A stretch of DNA of 64,000 bases from NCBI GenBank assembly GCA_021806165.1, contig JAJZXY010000004.1, forward strand, positions 65,595 through 129,594, in the 5' to 3' direction. The notes under the pieces were generated by a model. The model saw only the letters and a program-made list of their open reading frames with translations, did not search any database and was not told the origin of the DNA. Numbering within the stretch: the stretch's first letter is position 1; every line of letters starts with the position of its first letter. The translations under genes were made by a program, and so were the position numbers. Shown here piece by piece: positions 17,822 through 27,390 of the stretch. The DNA comes from Thermoplasmata archaeon. GTDB lineage: Archaea > Thermoplasmatota > Thermoplasmata > Sysuiplasmatales > Sysuiplasmataceae.

Positions 17822-19231
17822 TCACCTGTACTTGTAGTGACCCTCGAATATGTTCTCAGTGGTCTTTATCTGGTCCTTGACGTATTTCTCGAACTCAAGT
17901 TCGTCCAGATGCCTGTTGGACTCGAGGGAAATGACATTGTTCCACTTGTCCTCTATGAGGAAGCGCATCTTGTCCCTTACCGCCTCGGTGGGGATGCGGG
18001 AAATCACAGGATCAAAAAAGCCCATGACCATGAGCTTCTCCGCCTCATCACGCGAAAGTCCCCTCGTTTCCAGGTAGTAGAGCTGCCCCTCGTCCATTTG
18101 TGAAACAGACGCCGAATGTGTTGCCTTTACACCGTTTGTCAGTATCTCCAGTCCTGGAATAGCGTCACATTTGGCGTCCTTGCTGAGAAGCATACCGTGC
18201 TCGGCAAGGTAGGAGCTTGTGTTCGCTCCCCCTTCGCCTATGCGTATCATACCCCTGAGCAGGGACCTGCTCTTCTCCCTGAGAACGCTCCTGACAGTTA
18301 TCCTGCCGCTGGTGTCCGGAACTTCGTGGTGCAGATCAGTTACCACATCGAACCTCTGGCTGCCGTTTCCGAACAGTATTTCGTAATCCTCAGTGGTTGC
18401 CCCGCGGCCGGTGAACTTCGTGTCCGCCCTTGCCCTGGTCAGGTCCGAACCAATATAGCTGGAAACCCACCTGACGTTGCTTTCCTTCCCAGATAGTGAG
18501 CGCCTGTTGGATATGTAGACCGACTTCTGGGAAAGGTTCTCCAGGGATGCGTAACTCACCGACGAGCCGTCACCGGCGAAGATGTCGGTAACCTCGCTGA
18601 ACAGTGTTGGCTGTGAGCCGTTCTCGCGCGAAAGCACCTCCGAAAGTATCTCCACGGACGCGCCTTCCTCCAGATGAACTATGTTCTGGTGGAAGTGAGC
18701 GCTGCCGGGGGCATCGTCCACGAATACAGTATGGATAGGCTTTTTGAGGGTGGTGTTCCGCGGCACGTGGATGTAAGTACCTCCGGTCATCATTGCGTTG
18801 TTGAGCGCGACGTACATGTCATCCGAGGGTCTGAGCCCCTTTGACCCGAACAGTTCCTTCATCTTCTCCCCGTGGAGGGAGGAAGCAGTGCCCAGCTCCT
18901 CGATGATGACGCCATCTGGCAGGGATTTCCATTCGCTGTACAGTCCCGCACTGGACTGCACGCTGAAAATGCTGTCATCCCTGAGGCCGGCGAATTCGGC
19001 AGGGATCCTGTCCAGCGTTTCTGCAACAGGGGCTATCCTGAAGCCGCTGTCCTCGAATTTCGACAGATTCACGTACTTCTTGTAAAGCGGATTGGGCTCA
19101 GGTCTGGATGCGGCATAGACCGCAAGGGCCGCCTTCCTGTAATCGGTCAGCCAGGACTGTTCTCCCCTGAACCTGGGCAGCTGTTCCTCTTCCGGCTGTA
19201 GCAGACTCTGGGTAGCTGCTGTCAAAGGCAC
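17822..19231 (-). CDS. sufD: Fe-S cluster assembly protein SufD
   Basis: DAIPGLEI...VKATHSASV, LYYLETRG, GFF; GTG 19231 follows GGAG. Confidence 0.92.
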   Translation of the reverse strand: MPLTAATQSLLQPEEEQLPRFRGEQSWLTDYRKAALAVYAASRPEPNPLYKKYVNLSKFEDSGFRIAPVAETLDRIPAEFAGLRDDSIFSVQSSAGLYSEWKSLPDGVIIEELGTASSLHGEKMKELFGSKGLRPSDDMYVALNNAMMTGGTYIHVPRNTTLKKPIHTVFVDDAPGSAHFHQNIVHLEEGASVEILSEVLSRENGSQPTLFSEVTDIFAGDGSSVSYASLENLSQKSVYISNRRSLSGKESNVRWVSSYIGSDLTRARADTKFTGRGATTEDYEILFGNGSQRFDVVTDLHHEVPDTSGRITVRSVLREKSRSLLRGMIRIGEGGANTSSYLAEHGMLLSKDAKCDAIPGLEILTNGVKATHSASVSQMDEGQLYYLETRGLSRDEAEKLMVMGFFDPVISRIPTEAVRDKMRFLIEDKWNNVISLESNRHLDELEFEKYVKDQIKTTENIFEGHYKYR

Positions 19232-19248
19232 ACACTCTCCTGTTTTCC

Positions 19249-20655
19249 TCACCCGACTGATCCAGTCATTTCGAGCTGAATCAGCCTGTTGAGCTCCACT
19301 GCATATTCCATCGGCAGCTCCTTGGAGAATACATCAAGGAAACCCATCACAATCATGTTCAGCGCATCGGCCTCTGAAAGACCCCTGGACATCAGATAGA
19401 AAAGCTGCTCTTCGCTTATTTTGCCCACAGTAGCCTCATGCGTCGTCGACGCGCTCTCCTCGTTGATTGTGTTGTAAGGGTAGGTGTCTGTCCTGGACTT
19501 CTCATCCACAAGTAGCGCGTCGCACCGCACGCTGCTCTTTGAGTTGAGGGCACCACGCTCAATATGAAGCTGCCCGCGATAGGTGGTTCTGCCACCGTCT
19601 TTGCTGACACTCTTGGAGGTGATCCTCGAGGTTGTGTCCTCGGCAAAGTGGAATATCTTGGCTCCGGCGTCCTGATGCTGTCCCTTTCCAGCAAACGCAA
19701 TTGAGATGACCTCGCCCTTTGCTCCCTTGCCTAGCAGGTAGACTGACGGGTATTTCATTGTGAGCTTCGAGCCTATGTTGCCGTCCACCCATTCCACGGT
19801 GGCGCCCTCGTATGCATAGGCGCGCTTGGTGACGAGGTTGTACACATTGTTGGACCAGTTCTGGATGGTTGTGTATCTCACATATGCGCCCTTCTTGGCG
19901 ATAATCTCCACTACCGCGGAGTGCAGAGAGTCGGAGGAGTATATTGGTGCGGTGCATCCTTCGATATAGTGCACCTTGCTGCCTTCGTCCGCAATAATAA
20001 GCGTGCGTTCGAACTGGCCGGCGTTCTTTGCGTTTATCCTGAAGTATGCCTGCAGCGGTATGTCTACCTCCACGCCCTTTGGGACATAGATGAAGCTGCC
20101 GCCGCTCCACACAGCGCTGTTCAGCGCAGCGAGCTTGTTGTCCTCGGGAGGAATTACAGTCCCGAAGTACTCCTTGAATATCTCTGGATGCTCCTGAAGA
20201 CCCTGATCGGTGCCCAGAAAGATTACGCCTTTCTTCTGCAGATCGTCCCTGATCTTGTGGTAGACGACTTCGCTGTCATACTGCGCTCCGACTCCACCCA
20301 GGAATTTTTTTTCCGCCTCAGGTATTCCCAGCTTGTCGAACGTATCCTTGATGTATGCGGGCACATCCTCCCACTTGTCAGACCCCCTCTCTGTGGGTGC
20401 CATGTAGTAGAATATGTCGTTGAAGTCCACATCCCCGAGCATGGGGCTGCCCCAGTCGGGCATCGGCTTCTTCAGGAATATGTCCAGGGACCTGAGCCTG
20501 AAGTCTGTCATCCACTGTGGCTCCTTCTTGAACTTCGAGATTGCCTGAACGACATCCCTGCTGAGTCCCTTCTGCGTCTGAAAGACGTACTTCGCGTCGG
20601 CATCGTGGAAGCCGTATCTGCTGTAGTCACGATCTATGATTTCATTCGTAGACAT
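19249..20655 (-). CDS. sufB: Fe-S cluster assembly protein SufB
   Basis: [49 protein letters not shown]. Confidence 0.97.
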   Translation of the reverse strand: MSTNEIIDRDYSRYGFHDADAKYVFQTQKGLSRDVVQAISKFKKEPQWMTDFRLRSLDIFLKKPMPDWGSPMLGDVDFNDIFYYMAPTERGSDKWEDVPAYIKDTFDKLGIPEAEKKFLGGVGAQYDSEVVYHKIRDDLQKKGVIFLGTDQGLQEHPEIFKEYFGTVIPPEDNKLAALNSAVWSGGSFIYVPKGVEVDIPLQAYFRINAKNAGQFERTLIIADEGSKVHYIEGCTAPIYSSDSLHSAVVEIIAKKGAYVRYTTIQNWSNNVYNLVTKRAYAYEGATVEWVDGNIGSKLTMKYPSVYLLGKGAKGEVISIAFAGKGQHQDAGAKIFHFAEDTTSRITSKSVSKDGGRTTYRGQLHIERGALNSKSSVRCDALLVDEKSRTDTYPYNTINEESASTTHEATVGKISEEQLFYLMSRGLSEADALNMIVMGFLDVFSKELPMEYAVELNRLIQLEMTGSVG

Positions 20656-20679
20656 TTTCAACACTCCTTTACTTGATTT

Positions 20680-22104
20680 TCAGTATCTGGCCATTGAAGG
20701 GTCCACCTTCAACGCCCATTCCACTATCCCTCCGGTCAGATTCCTGACCTTCTTGAATCCTATATCCCTCATGAAGCGGACTGCATAGCTGCTGCGCTGC
20801 CCGCCCTTGCAGTAGACAACAATCTCGTCGGCGGTGCTCAGTTCGCTCACCCTCGAGGGCAGATCGTTGACAGGTATGAACAGCGATCCATCGATCCTGT
20901 TGATTTCCCATTCCTGTGGTTCCCTCACGTCCAAGACCACCACCGGCTCCTTCGCCTTCAGCTTCCTGTCAAGCTCCTCTGCGCTTATGGAGAGGTCGTC
21001 TGAAAGTTCATTTCCCCTGCCCAGGCCGCAGAACTCCTCATAATCTATCAGTTCATGCACCGTGGGATTTTCACCGCACACAGGGCACCGGGGGTTCTTG
21101 CGGAGCGTCAGCTCCTTGAACTTCATCTTCATGGCGTCAAAAAGGACGAGTCTCCCGATCAGCGGCTCCCCTTCTCCCAGTATCAGCTTGATGGTTTCCA
21201 TCGCCTGTATAGTGCCTATTATGCCGGGCAGGACGCCCACAACCCCGCCCTCAGCGCATGAGGGGACGAGCCCCGGGGGAGGGGGGTTTTCATAGAGGCA
21301 CCTGTAGCATGGCCCCTTCCTGGCATCAAAGACGGAAACCTGGCCCTCGAACCTGTATATTGACCCGTAAACGTTCGTCTTTCCAAGCAGAACGCATGCG
21401 TCATTGACCAGATACCTGGTCGGGAAATTGTCGGTGCCGTCTATTACTATGTCGAAGTTCTTTATTATGTCGAGTGCATTTTCAGAGGTTATCCTCTCCT
21501 CGAACTTGATTATCTTGACAGTGGGGTTGATTCCCTTAATGCGCTCCTCAGCGGAATCAATCTTCTTGCGCCCTACATCCTTCTCCGAATGTATCACCTG
21601 CCGCTGGAGATTGCTGAAATCCACAACATCAAAGTCCACTATGCCAATTGTCCCGACGCCTGCCGCGGCAAGATAGAGGAGAAGGGGGGAGCCAAGGCCG
21701 CCCGCACCTATGACGAGGACCTTTGCCCTCTTCAGCTTCAGCTGTCCGCTGAGCCCGACCTCTGGGAGGAGCAGATGGCGGCTGTAGCGCTGTATGTCGT
21801 CGTAGGTGAAGTCGCTGCCTGCACCTGAGGAACCGCCTGCTATTGAGGGTATGAGGAAAATGGTGTCGCCTTCATGCACAGGAGTGGTCCCGCGCTGCAG
21901 GTACCGTATATCCTCGTCGTTCAGGTATACATTCACGAAATTCCTGAGCTGCCCGCTGTCATCAAACAGGTGTCTCTTCAGCTGCTGGTTTGCAGCCGTG
22001 ACATTGCTCAGGACCTCATCCACTGTCGCACCGTCGGCCGTGACAGCATCCCTGTTGCCCACGTAGGGCCTCAGGGGCGTTGGTATCATTACTTTCACAC
22101 TCAT
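20680..22104 (-). CDS. Fusion: MoaD/ThiS/CysO ubiquitin-like domain + MoeB/E1 adenylyltransferase + rhodanese (MoeZ-like)
   Basis: Residues 1-91 form a beta-grasp domain ending IPSIAGG; then RYSRH, GAGGLG, SNLQRQ, CYRC...CPVC; rhodanese with VYCKGGQRS. Confidence 0.92.
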   Translation of the reverse strand: MSVKVMIPTPLRPYVGNRDAVTADGATVDEVLSNVTAANQQLKRHLFDDSGQLRNFVNVYLNDEDIRYLQRGTTPVHEGDTIFLIPSIAGGSSGAGSDFTYDDIQRYSRHLLLPEVGLSGQLKLKRAKVLVIGAGGLGSPLLLYLAAAGVGTIGIVDFDVVDFSNLQRQVIHSEKDVGRKKIDSAEERIKGINPTVKIIKFEERITSENALDIIKNFDIVIDGTDNFPTRYLVNDACVLLGKTNVYGSIYRFEGQVSVFDARKGPCYRCLYENPPPPGLVPSCAEGGVVGVLPGIIGTIQAMETIKLILGEGEPLIGRLVLFDAMKMKFKELTLRKNPRCPVCGENPTVHELIDYEEFCGLGRGNELSDDLSISAEELDRKLKAKEPVVVLDVREPQEWEINRIDGSLFIPVNDLPSRVSELSTADEIVVYCKGGQRSSYAVRFMRDIGFKKVRNLTGGIVEWALKVDPSMARY

Positions 22105-23030
22105 TCCTTGACCTCCCAGAACTTTTCACCCAGGTATTTCTGCCCACCGTCGGGGAAGACTGTCACAAAGGAGCCTCCGCCGTGCTCCCTTGCAATCTTC
22201 AGGCAGGCAACGACCGCCGCACCCGAGCTGGGTCCAACGAGCAGGCCCTCCTGTCTTGCAAGGCGCCTTACAGCACCCTGCGCTTCTTCGGTGGTCACGT
22301 CGACATGCATGTCTGCCAGGGTATCGTCGTATATCCCCGGCCTTATAGAGGCATCCATCCTCTTGAGTCCCTCAAGACCGTGAAATGGCCCGTCCGGCTC
22401 AACTGAAACTCTCTTAATCTCCGGAAAGACCTCCCTGAGATACCGGCTCACCCCTGTGAAAGTGCCTCCCGTGCCCACGCCTGCAACAAAGTAGTCGAAA
22501 TGCCCCCTTGTCTGTGAGACAATCTCGACTGCGGTGCCTTCATAGTGGGCCCGCCAGTTGGAATCGTTGTTGTACTGGTCAGCGTAGAAATACAGTTCAG
22601 GTTCCTCTTCGGACATCTTCCTGGCCAACCGCTGCGCACCGTCTGTACCTTCCAGCGGATCTGAAAGGACGAGATCCGCACCGTACGCGGTAAGCATCTC
22701 GATCTTCTCCCTTGCCACATTCCTCGGGATCACGAGCCTGCACCTGTACCCCTTGACAGCGCAAATCATGGCGTATGCAATGGCAGTGTTCCCTGACGAG
22801 GCGTCCAGAAGTATCCTGCCGTTGCCGAGTAATCCCTGTTTCTCAGCATCCTCAATGATCTTGCTGGCAGCGCGGTCCTTTACACTTCCTCCCGGATTGA
22901 AACACTCTGCCTTGGCATAAATCCGTGTGCCTGGCATGTCTGAAGTCATCTTCCTGAGAGCCAGAAGCGGAGTGTTGCCTATCCTGCTAAGAAGTGACCA
23001 TCCTGCATCATAGGCGAGGTTGTTACGCAT
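22101..23030 (-). CDS. PLP-dependent cysteine synthase (CysM-like)
   Basis: IGNTPL, NPGGSVKDR, SSGNT, GVGTGGT, PDGGQKYL. Confidence 0.92.
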   Translation of the reverse strand: MRNNLAYDAGWSLLSRIGNTPLLALRKMTSDMPGTRIYAKAECFNPGGSVKDRAASKIIEDAEKQGLLGNGRILLDASSGNTAIAYAMICAVKGYRCRLVIPRNVAREKIEMLTAYGADLVLSDPLEGTDGAQRLARKMSEEEPELYFYADQYNNDSNWRAHYEGTAVEIVSQTRGHFDYFVAGVGTGGTFTGVSRYLREVFPEIKRVSVEPDGPFHGLEGLKRMDASIRPGIYDDTLADMHVDVTTEEAQGAVRRLARQEGLLVGPSSGAAVVACLKIAREHGGGSFVTVFPDGGQKYLGEKFWEVKE

Positions 23031-23401
23031 CAACGGGTCTCACCCGCTGCTTCCTGAAATACCTTCAGTCCCAGTGTCGCACACTTGAGACGAACTGCGC
23101 TGAGCGGTATGTGAAGCATCTCCTTTACACCGTCTATATCCATCTTCCTTGCCTCTTCAAGGCTCATGCCCTTCAGTTTGTCTGTCAGCATGGAGACTGA
23201 AGCCTGGCTGATGGCGCAGCCACGGCCATCAAATGAGACGGCCGAAATCTTGCCATCCGATATTTTGACATATATGCTTATGTCATCGCCGCAGACCGGA
23301 TTGTTTCCGTGGCCGAAGAGATCAGGATGCTCAATGCTTCCCTTGTTGTGCGGATTCTTGTAGTGTTCAAGAATCTCCTCCTGGTAGATGTCGTAGGCCA
23401 T
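23030..23401 (-). CDS. sufU: SufU/IscU-type scaffold or sulfur-transfer protein
   Basis: HYKNPHNKG, NPVCGD, GCAISQAS, RLKCA. Confidence 0.92.
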   Translation of the reverse strand: MAYDIYQEEILEHYKNPHNKGSIEHPDLFGHGNNPVCGDDISIYVKISDGKISAVSFDGRGCAISQASVSMLTDKLKGMSLEEARKMDIDGVKEMLHIPLSAVRLKCATLGLKVFQEAAGETR

Positions 23402-23412
23402 TTCTTTTATCC

Positions 23413-24168
23413 TCAGTTTGTTATGGCGGGCTCCCTGAGCCAGTCGTATCCCTTCTCCTCAAGCTCCTTTGCGAGCTCCTTTCCGCCGCTCTTCACGATT
23501 CTGCCATCGACGACTACGTGAACAAACTGCGGCGTTATGTACTGCAGTAGGCGCTGGTAGTGTGTGACAAGGATAAGGCCAACGTCCGGGCCGGCCATGG
23601 TGTTTATTGCATTTGCAACAACTTTCAGCGAATCAATGTCGAGCCCGCTGTCTGTCTCATCGAGTATTGCAAACCTTGGCTGCAGGACGGCCATCTGGAG
23701 GACCTCTGCCCTCTTCTTTTCGCCGCCGGAGAATCCCTCATTCAGGGACCTGCCTATGAAATTCTCGTCAATGCCGAGAGCGTTGACCTTCTCCTTGAGC
23801 AGCCTGAAGAATTTCGTCGGGCTGAGCTGATTGTCACTGTGGACTGCATTGTATGCAATCCTCAGGAAGTTCCCTAGCCTTACTCCCGGTATCTCAACCG
23901 GGTACTGGAATCCAAGGAAGAGGCCTAGTTTGGCCCTCTTGTCGGGAGTCAGCGACAGAACGTCCGTTCCGTCCACCTTCACCTCTCCCCCGGTAATCTG
24001 GTATTTTGGATGGCCCATGAGCGAATAGCTCAGCGTGCTCTTTCCAGATCCGTTGGGGCCCATTATCGCATGTATCTCACCCTGCTTCACGTCGAGGTTG
24101 ATTCCTTTTAGAATCTGCTTGCCTTCAATATTGACTTTCAGGTCCTTAATAGAGAGTTCCGATGACAT
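23413..24168 (-). CDS. sufC: Fe-S cluster assembly ATPase SufC
   Basis: GPNGSGKST, FQYPVEIPG, FSGGEKKR, LDETDSGLD. Confidence 0.97.
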   Translation of the reverse strand: MSSELSIKDLKVNIEGKQILKGINLDVKQGEIHAIMGPNGSGKSTLSYSLMGHPKYQITGGEVKVDGTDVLSLTPDKRAKLGLFLGFQYPVEIPGVRLGNFLRIAYNAVHSDNQLSPTKFFRLLKEKVNALGIDENFIGRSLNEGFSGGEKKRAEVLQMAVLQPRFAILDETDSGLDIDSLKVVANAINTMAGPDVGLILVTHYQRLLQYITPQFVHVVVDGRIVKSGGKELAKELEEKGYDWLREPAITN

Positions 24169-24303
24169 TTCCTGTACCTCTGACACCCAGTGGGCACTGT
24201 TTCAATTTCATCAATAAAGGCAAATCATATTTAAACATATCTTACTGTGTAAACTGCACAATGTTAATATACACACTACGGAGTAACTGGTGCAGGTAAG
24301 ACT

Positions 24304-24936
24304 GTGGACGCTGACATTTCAATGCTTGGCGAGTCAAAAGCCCGCATCATAAACTACCTTGGCGAAGGCGAGAAGTCGGGTAGCGAGCTTTCCTCCATGC
24401 TGAGCATCAACCAGACCGCCGTGAGAGAGCACGCCCAGGCGCTGGAGCGGATGGGGATAGTACAGGCAAGGTTCATAAGAACAGGCATAGGCCGCCCCAA
24501 GAAGCGCTATTCACTTACCCCCTTTGGTGTTGAACTGCTTCCAAAGCATTACGATGTCATGCTCAACGTGCTGATAAAGAAAATATGGGAGAGGGGTGGC
24601 GATGTTCTTCTCAGCCAGCTCATGTCGGACGTGGTGAAGGAGCTAGCCGACAGCTCGGCTAGCGAGGAGGGACTGACGCTCGAGCAGAGGGTGAACAGGG
24701 TAGTGGACTTCCTGAACCGCATGGGGTTCATGGCAACGGTCGAAAAGAGCGGCGAACAGCTGTCTGTTGTGAGACACAACTGCATCTTCAACAAGACTGC
24801 CAAGCTTTATTCAGGCGTCCTCTGCAGCGAGTGTGACACAGTGCTTATCAAAGAACCCATTGGCAGTAGGGAGATAGAGCTTGTCGAATGCATAGGCAAG
24901 GGCGACACTTCCTGCAGGAACGTAATCAAGGCGTGA
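24304..24936 (+). CDS. SufR-like winged-helix regulator with C-terminal Cys cluster
   Basis: wHTH with GRP wing; HNC...C...C..C Fe-S-type ligands; divergent from sufC. Confidence 0.85.
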   Translation: MDADISMLGESKARIINYLGEGEKSGSELSSMLSINQTAVREHAQALERMGIVQARFIRTGIGRPKKRYSLTPFGVELLPKHYDVMLNVLIKKIWERGGDVLLSQLMSDVVKELADSSASEEGLTLEQRVNRVVDFLNRMGFMATVEKSGEQLSVVRHNCIFNKTAKLYSGVLCSECDTVLIKEPIGSREIELVECIGKGDTSCRNVIKA

Positions 24937-25008
24937 AATCCGATTATACTCCATTCGATAGGTGTTAAATAACTGCTTTATACCTTCACACCCATTTTTC
25001 GAACTGGT

Positions 25009-25977
25009 ATGAAGAGAAGACTCCTGTTCCAGGCCGCTGTCATAGGGCTTGCGGCGCTACTTCTGATGCCGCTCCTTTTCAGCGGAGCCGCAAGGGCGGA
25101 TGACGGAGGAGACAGGGAGACTTCGGTTAACGTCCAGGGACACGGCGGGTACTTTACAATCGACTCGCAGTCAACCAACCAGGTGGGACCCAGGAACGAG
25201 TACAGCATGGTTTTTGCAGCCAACTCATTCTTAATGCAATTCAAGAATGATTCCCAGAAGGCGGGGTATACTCTGCAGTTCAACATCCAGCTTCTGGATC
25301 TCCTGCTGGTTGGTCCCGGCAACATTACCGTCCTGCTGAACTTCTCACAGCAGGAGTTCAGCGTCTACCAGATACCATCCACAGTCAACGGGCTCAGCAC
25401 CTTTGCACTGAGCACAGAATCGGACAGTGCGACGTTCATGATGACCGTGCAGGTATCCAATACGCCCACATCAGTGCTTCCGCAGAACTCCTCAACCGCA
25501 ATCCAGCTTACTCCAAATGAAGTGAAAATCTCATTTATGATACAGCTTGGGAAGGTGAACGACGGCGGCTTCCGTAACCAGAGGGGCGGCCAGCCGCCCA
25601 ACGGCAGCATCGTGCTTCAGCTGGGCGTCAGTTCGGTCAATTCCACGATATCCCAGGTGGAGAATATGAGTGCTTACTCGCAAATCGGTTTCACCCAGGG
25701 TATGAATAGCGGTTACTTCTCCTGGGAAAACAGCGCGCTAGCCGATGGCAGGAATGTAACCGTCAATTCCTCATTCTCACCTGCTGTCGGAACACTTTCG
25801 CTTGCCTACCCCGCTGCATCGACCATCATCCATGACCCGTACATAGGCATCTCCCCGGGGACAATTGTGAATGCTCTGGTGTCCAGTCCCGGGAACATTG
25901 TAATATACGCGGTGACACTAGCGATTTCAGCAGCGCTTATCGGCGGGGCTGTGACTGCAAGGCGCAGGCGCGGATAG
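25009..25977 (+). CDS. Secreted, C-terminally anchored cell-surface glycoprotein
   Basis: Signal peptide ending ARA; many N-x-S/T sequons; IIHDPYIG motif; C-terminal TM plus RRRG. Confidence 0.7.
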   Translation: MKRRLLFQAAVIGLAALLLMPLLFSGAARADDGGDRETSVNVQGHGGYFTIDSQSTNQVGPRNEYSMVFAANSFLMQFKNDSQKAGYTLQFNIQLLDLLLVGPGNITVLLNFSQQEFSVYQIPSTVNGLSTFALSTESDSATFMMTVQVSNTPTSVLPQNSSTAIQLTPNEVKISFMIQLGKVNDGGFRNQRGGQPPNGSIVLQLGVSSVNSTISQVENMSAYSQIGFTQGMNSGYFSWENSALADGRNVTVNSSFSPAVGTLSLAYPAASTIIHDPYIGISPGTIVNALVSSPGNIVIYAVTLAISAALIGGAVTARRRRG

Positions 25978-26000
25978 GCGTGTGCGGGTTCAGTGCTTGA

Positions 26001-26282
26001 ATGACTCTCCTGAGCATAGGGACTGCGGAAAATGTGGTCGCAGCTGTTCTTGCAGTCCTCTCATTCACGCTTCTCCTGATTTCGATTGCTTCGTACAGGA
26101 GAAGCAGAAATCCAAGACTCGCGCTGATTTCGTCATCCTTCCTCCTGTTTTTCTTTGAAGGCGCTCTGTTCACATACCAGCTGTTCTATGGTTCTTTCAC
26201 ATCCCAGATGTTTTTCACAATCACTGGAATCATCAATGTGGCAATACTCCTGCTTATATTCACGGCCACTTTCAAGAGGTAG
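26001..26282 (+). CDS. Small 3-TM membrane protein
   Basis: 93 aa hydrophobic protein with SYRRSRNPRL loop; operonic. Confidence 0.7.
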   Translation: MTLLSIGTAENVVAAVLAVLSFTLLLISIASYRRSRNPRLALISSSFLLFFFEGALFTYQLFYGSFTSQMFFTITGIINVAILLLIFTATFKR

Positions 26283-26299
26283 CACGGGGGATTGCATCC

Positions 26300-26851
26300 T
26301 TGGGGGATGAGACTCTCGAACTTGAAACCAGAAGGAGGATCTACGAGGCAGTCAGGAAATTTCCCGGCATCCACCTGAGGGAGCTGTCGAGACAGCTGGG
26401 ACTGAGCGTACCGCTTGTGGATTACCACCTGAACTTCCTGGACAAGTACGGAATGGTTTCAGGTATTGCGGATGAGCAGTACAGGAGATTCTACCCAAGG
26501 GATCCGATTGGTGCGGAGAACAAGACGGACGTTCTTTCAGCCGACGAGAAGAGAGTTGTTGCGCTGCTGCGGCAGCGCATACCACTGCAGATAGTCCTGT
26601 TCCTGTTGAAAAACGGGACAGCTCAGCATAAGCAAATGGTCCCGCTGATGGGCATTTCACCCTCTACTCTCTCCCACCACCTCAACAAGCTCCACAGGAG
26701 GGGAATTCTTGTCAAGACCGTTTCCGGGGAGGAAAGGGGTTACAGGCTTGCGAACGAGGGACAGATCGCGAGGCTGTTGCTGACTTATGAGCCTCCGCCC
26801 GGGACTCTGGTGGACAGTTTCATAGAGATTTGGGAAGAATTCCACCAGTAG
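26300..26851 (+). CDS. Double winged-helix transcriptional regulator
   Basis: RRRIYEAVRKFPGIHLRELSRQL...YHL and a second HTH SPSTLSHHLNKL. Confidence 0.85.
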   Translation: MGDETLELETRRRIYEAVRKFPGIHLRELSRQLGLSVPLVDYHLNFLDKYGMVSGIADEQYRRFYPRDPIGAENKTDVLSADEKRVVALLRQRIPLQIVLFLLKNGTAQHKQMVPLMGISPSTLSHHLNKLHRRGILVKTVSGEERGYRLANEGQIARLLLTYEPPPGTLVDSFIEIWEEFHQ

Positions 26852-26913
26852 GCTGCTGGAAACTTAATATAATACCGCGAACTGGATTCCTTCCTGTCCG
26901 GCGTGGTGCACTT

Positions 26914-27390
26914 ATGCGTATAATGCTTAACGGCTGGGAAACCGGTATACGGTTCGTAGCAGGCCATTTTCTGCCTTCTATCGAGAAGTGCAGCAGACTG
27001 CATGGTCACAACTATGCTGTCCTCATAGAGATTGAGGGTGAGCCCGGACCTGATGGGATAATCATTGATTTCATCAGTGTCAAGGAGGCTGCCCATGCCA
27101 TCGTCCAGAGAATTGATCACAGGATGATACTGCCCTCCTCTGGCGCCTCAATGGAGGTTGCTCTGAAGGAAGGACACTACGCCGTTTCATTCAACGGCAA
27201 AAATTACCTCTTCCCGTCGGGTGACGTTGCGGTCATTCCGGTGGATAATGTCAGTGCCGAAAATCTGTCAAGGTATTTTCTTGCCGAAATAGTCCGCAGC
27301 GGCATCTTCGGTGATAACGTGACGAGGGTGGCCGTGGGTGTAGCCGAAGGAAGGGGGCAGGAAGCATGGTCGGAGGAGATGCTCAAATGA
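26914..27390 (+). CDS. queD: 6-carboxy-5,6,7,8-tetrahydropterin synthase
   Basis: AGHF...[20 protein letters not shown]. Confidence 0.9.
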   Translation: MRIMLNGWETGIRFVAGHFLPSIEKCSRLHGHNYAVLIEIEGEPGPDGIIIDFISVKEAAHAIVQRIDHRMILPSSGASMEVALKEGHYAVSFNGKNYLFPSGDVAVIPVDNVSAENLSRYFLAEIVRSGIFGDNVTRVAVGVAEGRGQEAWSEEMLK

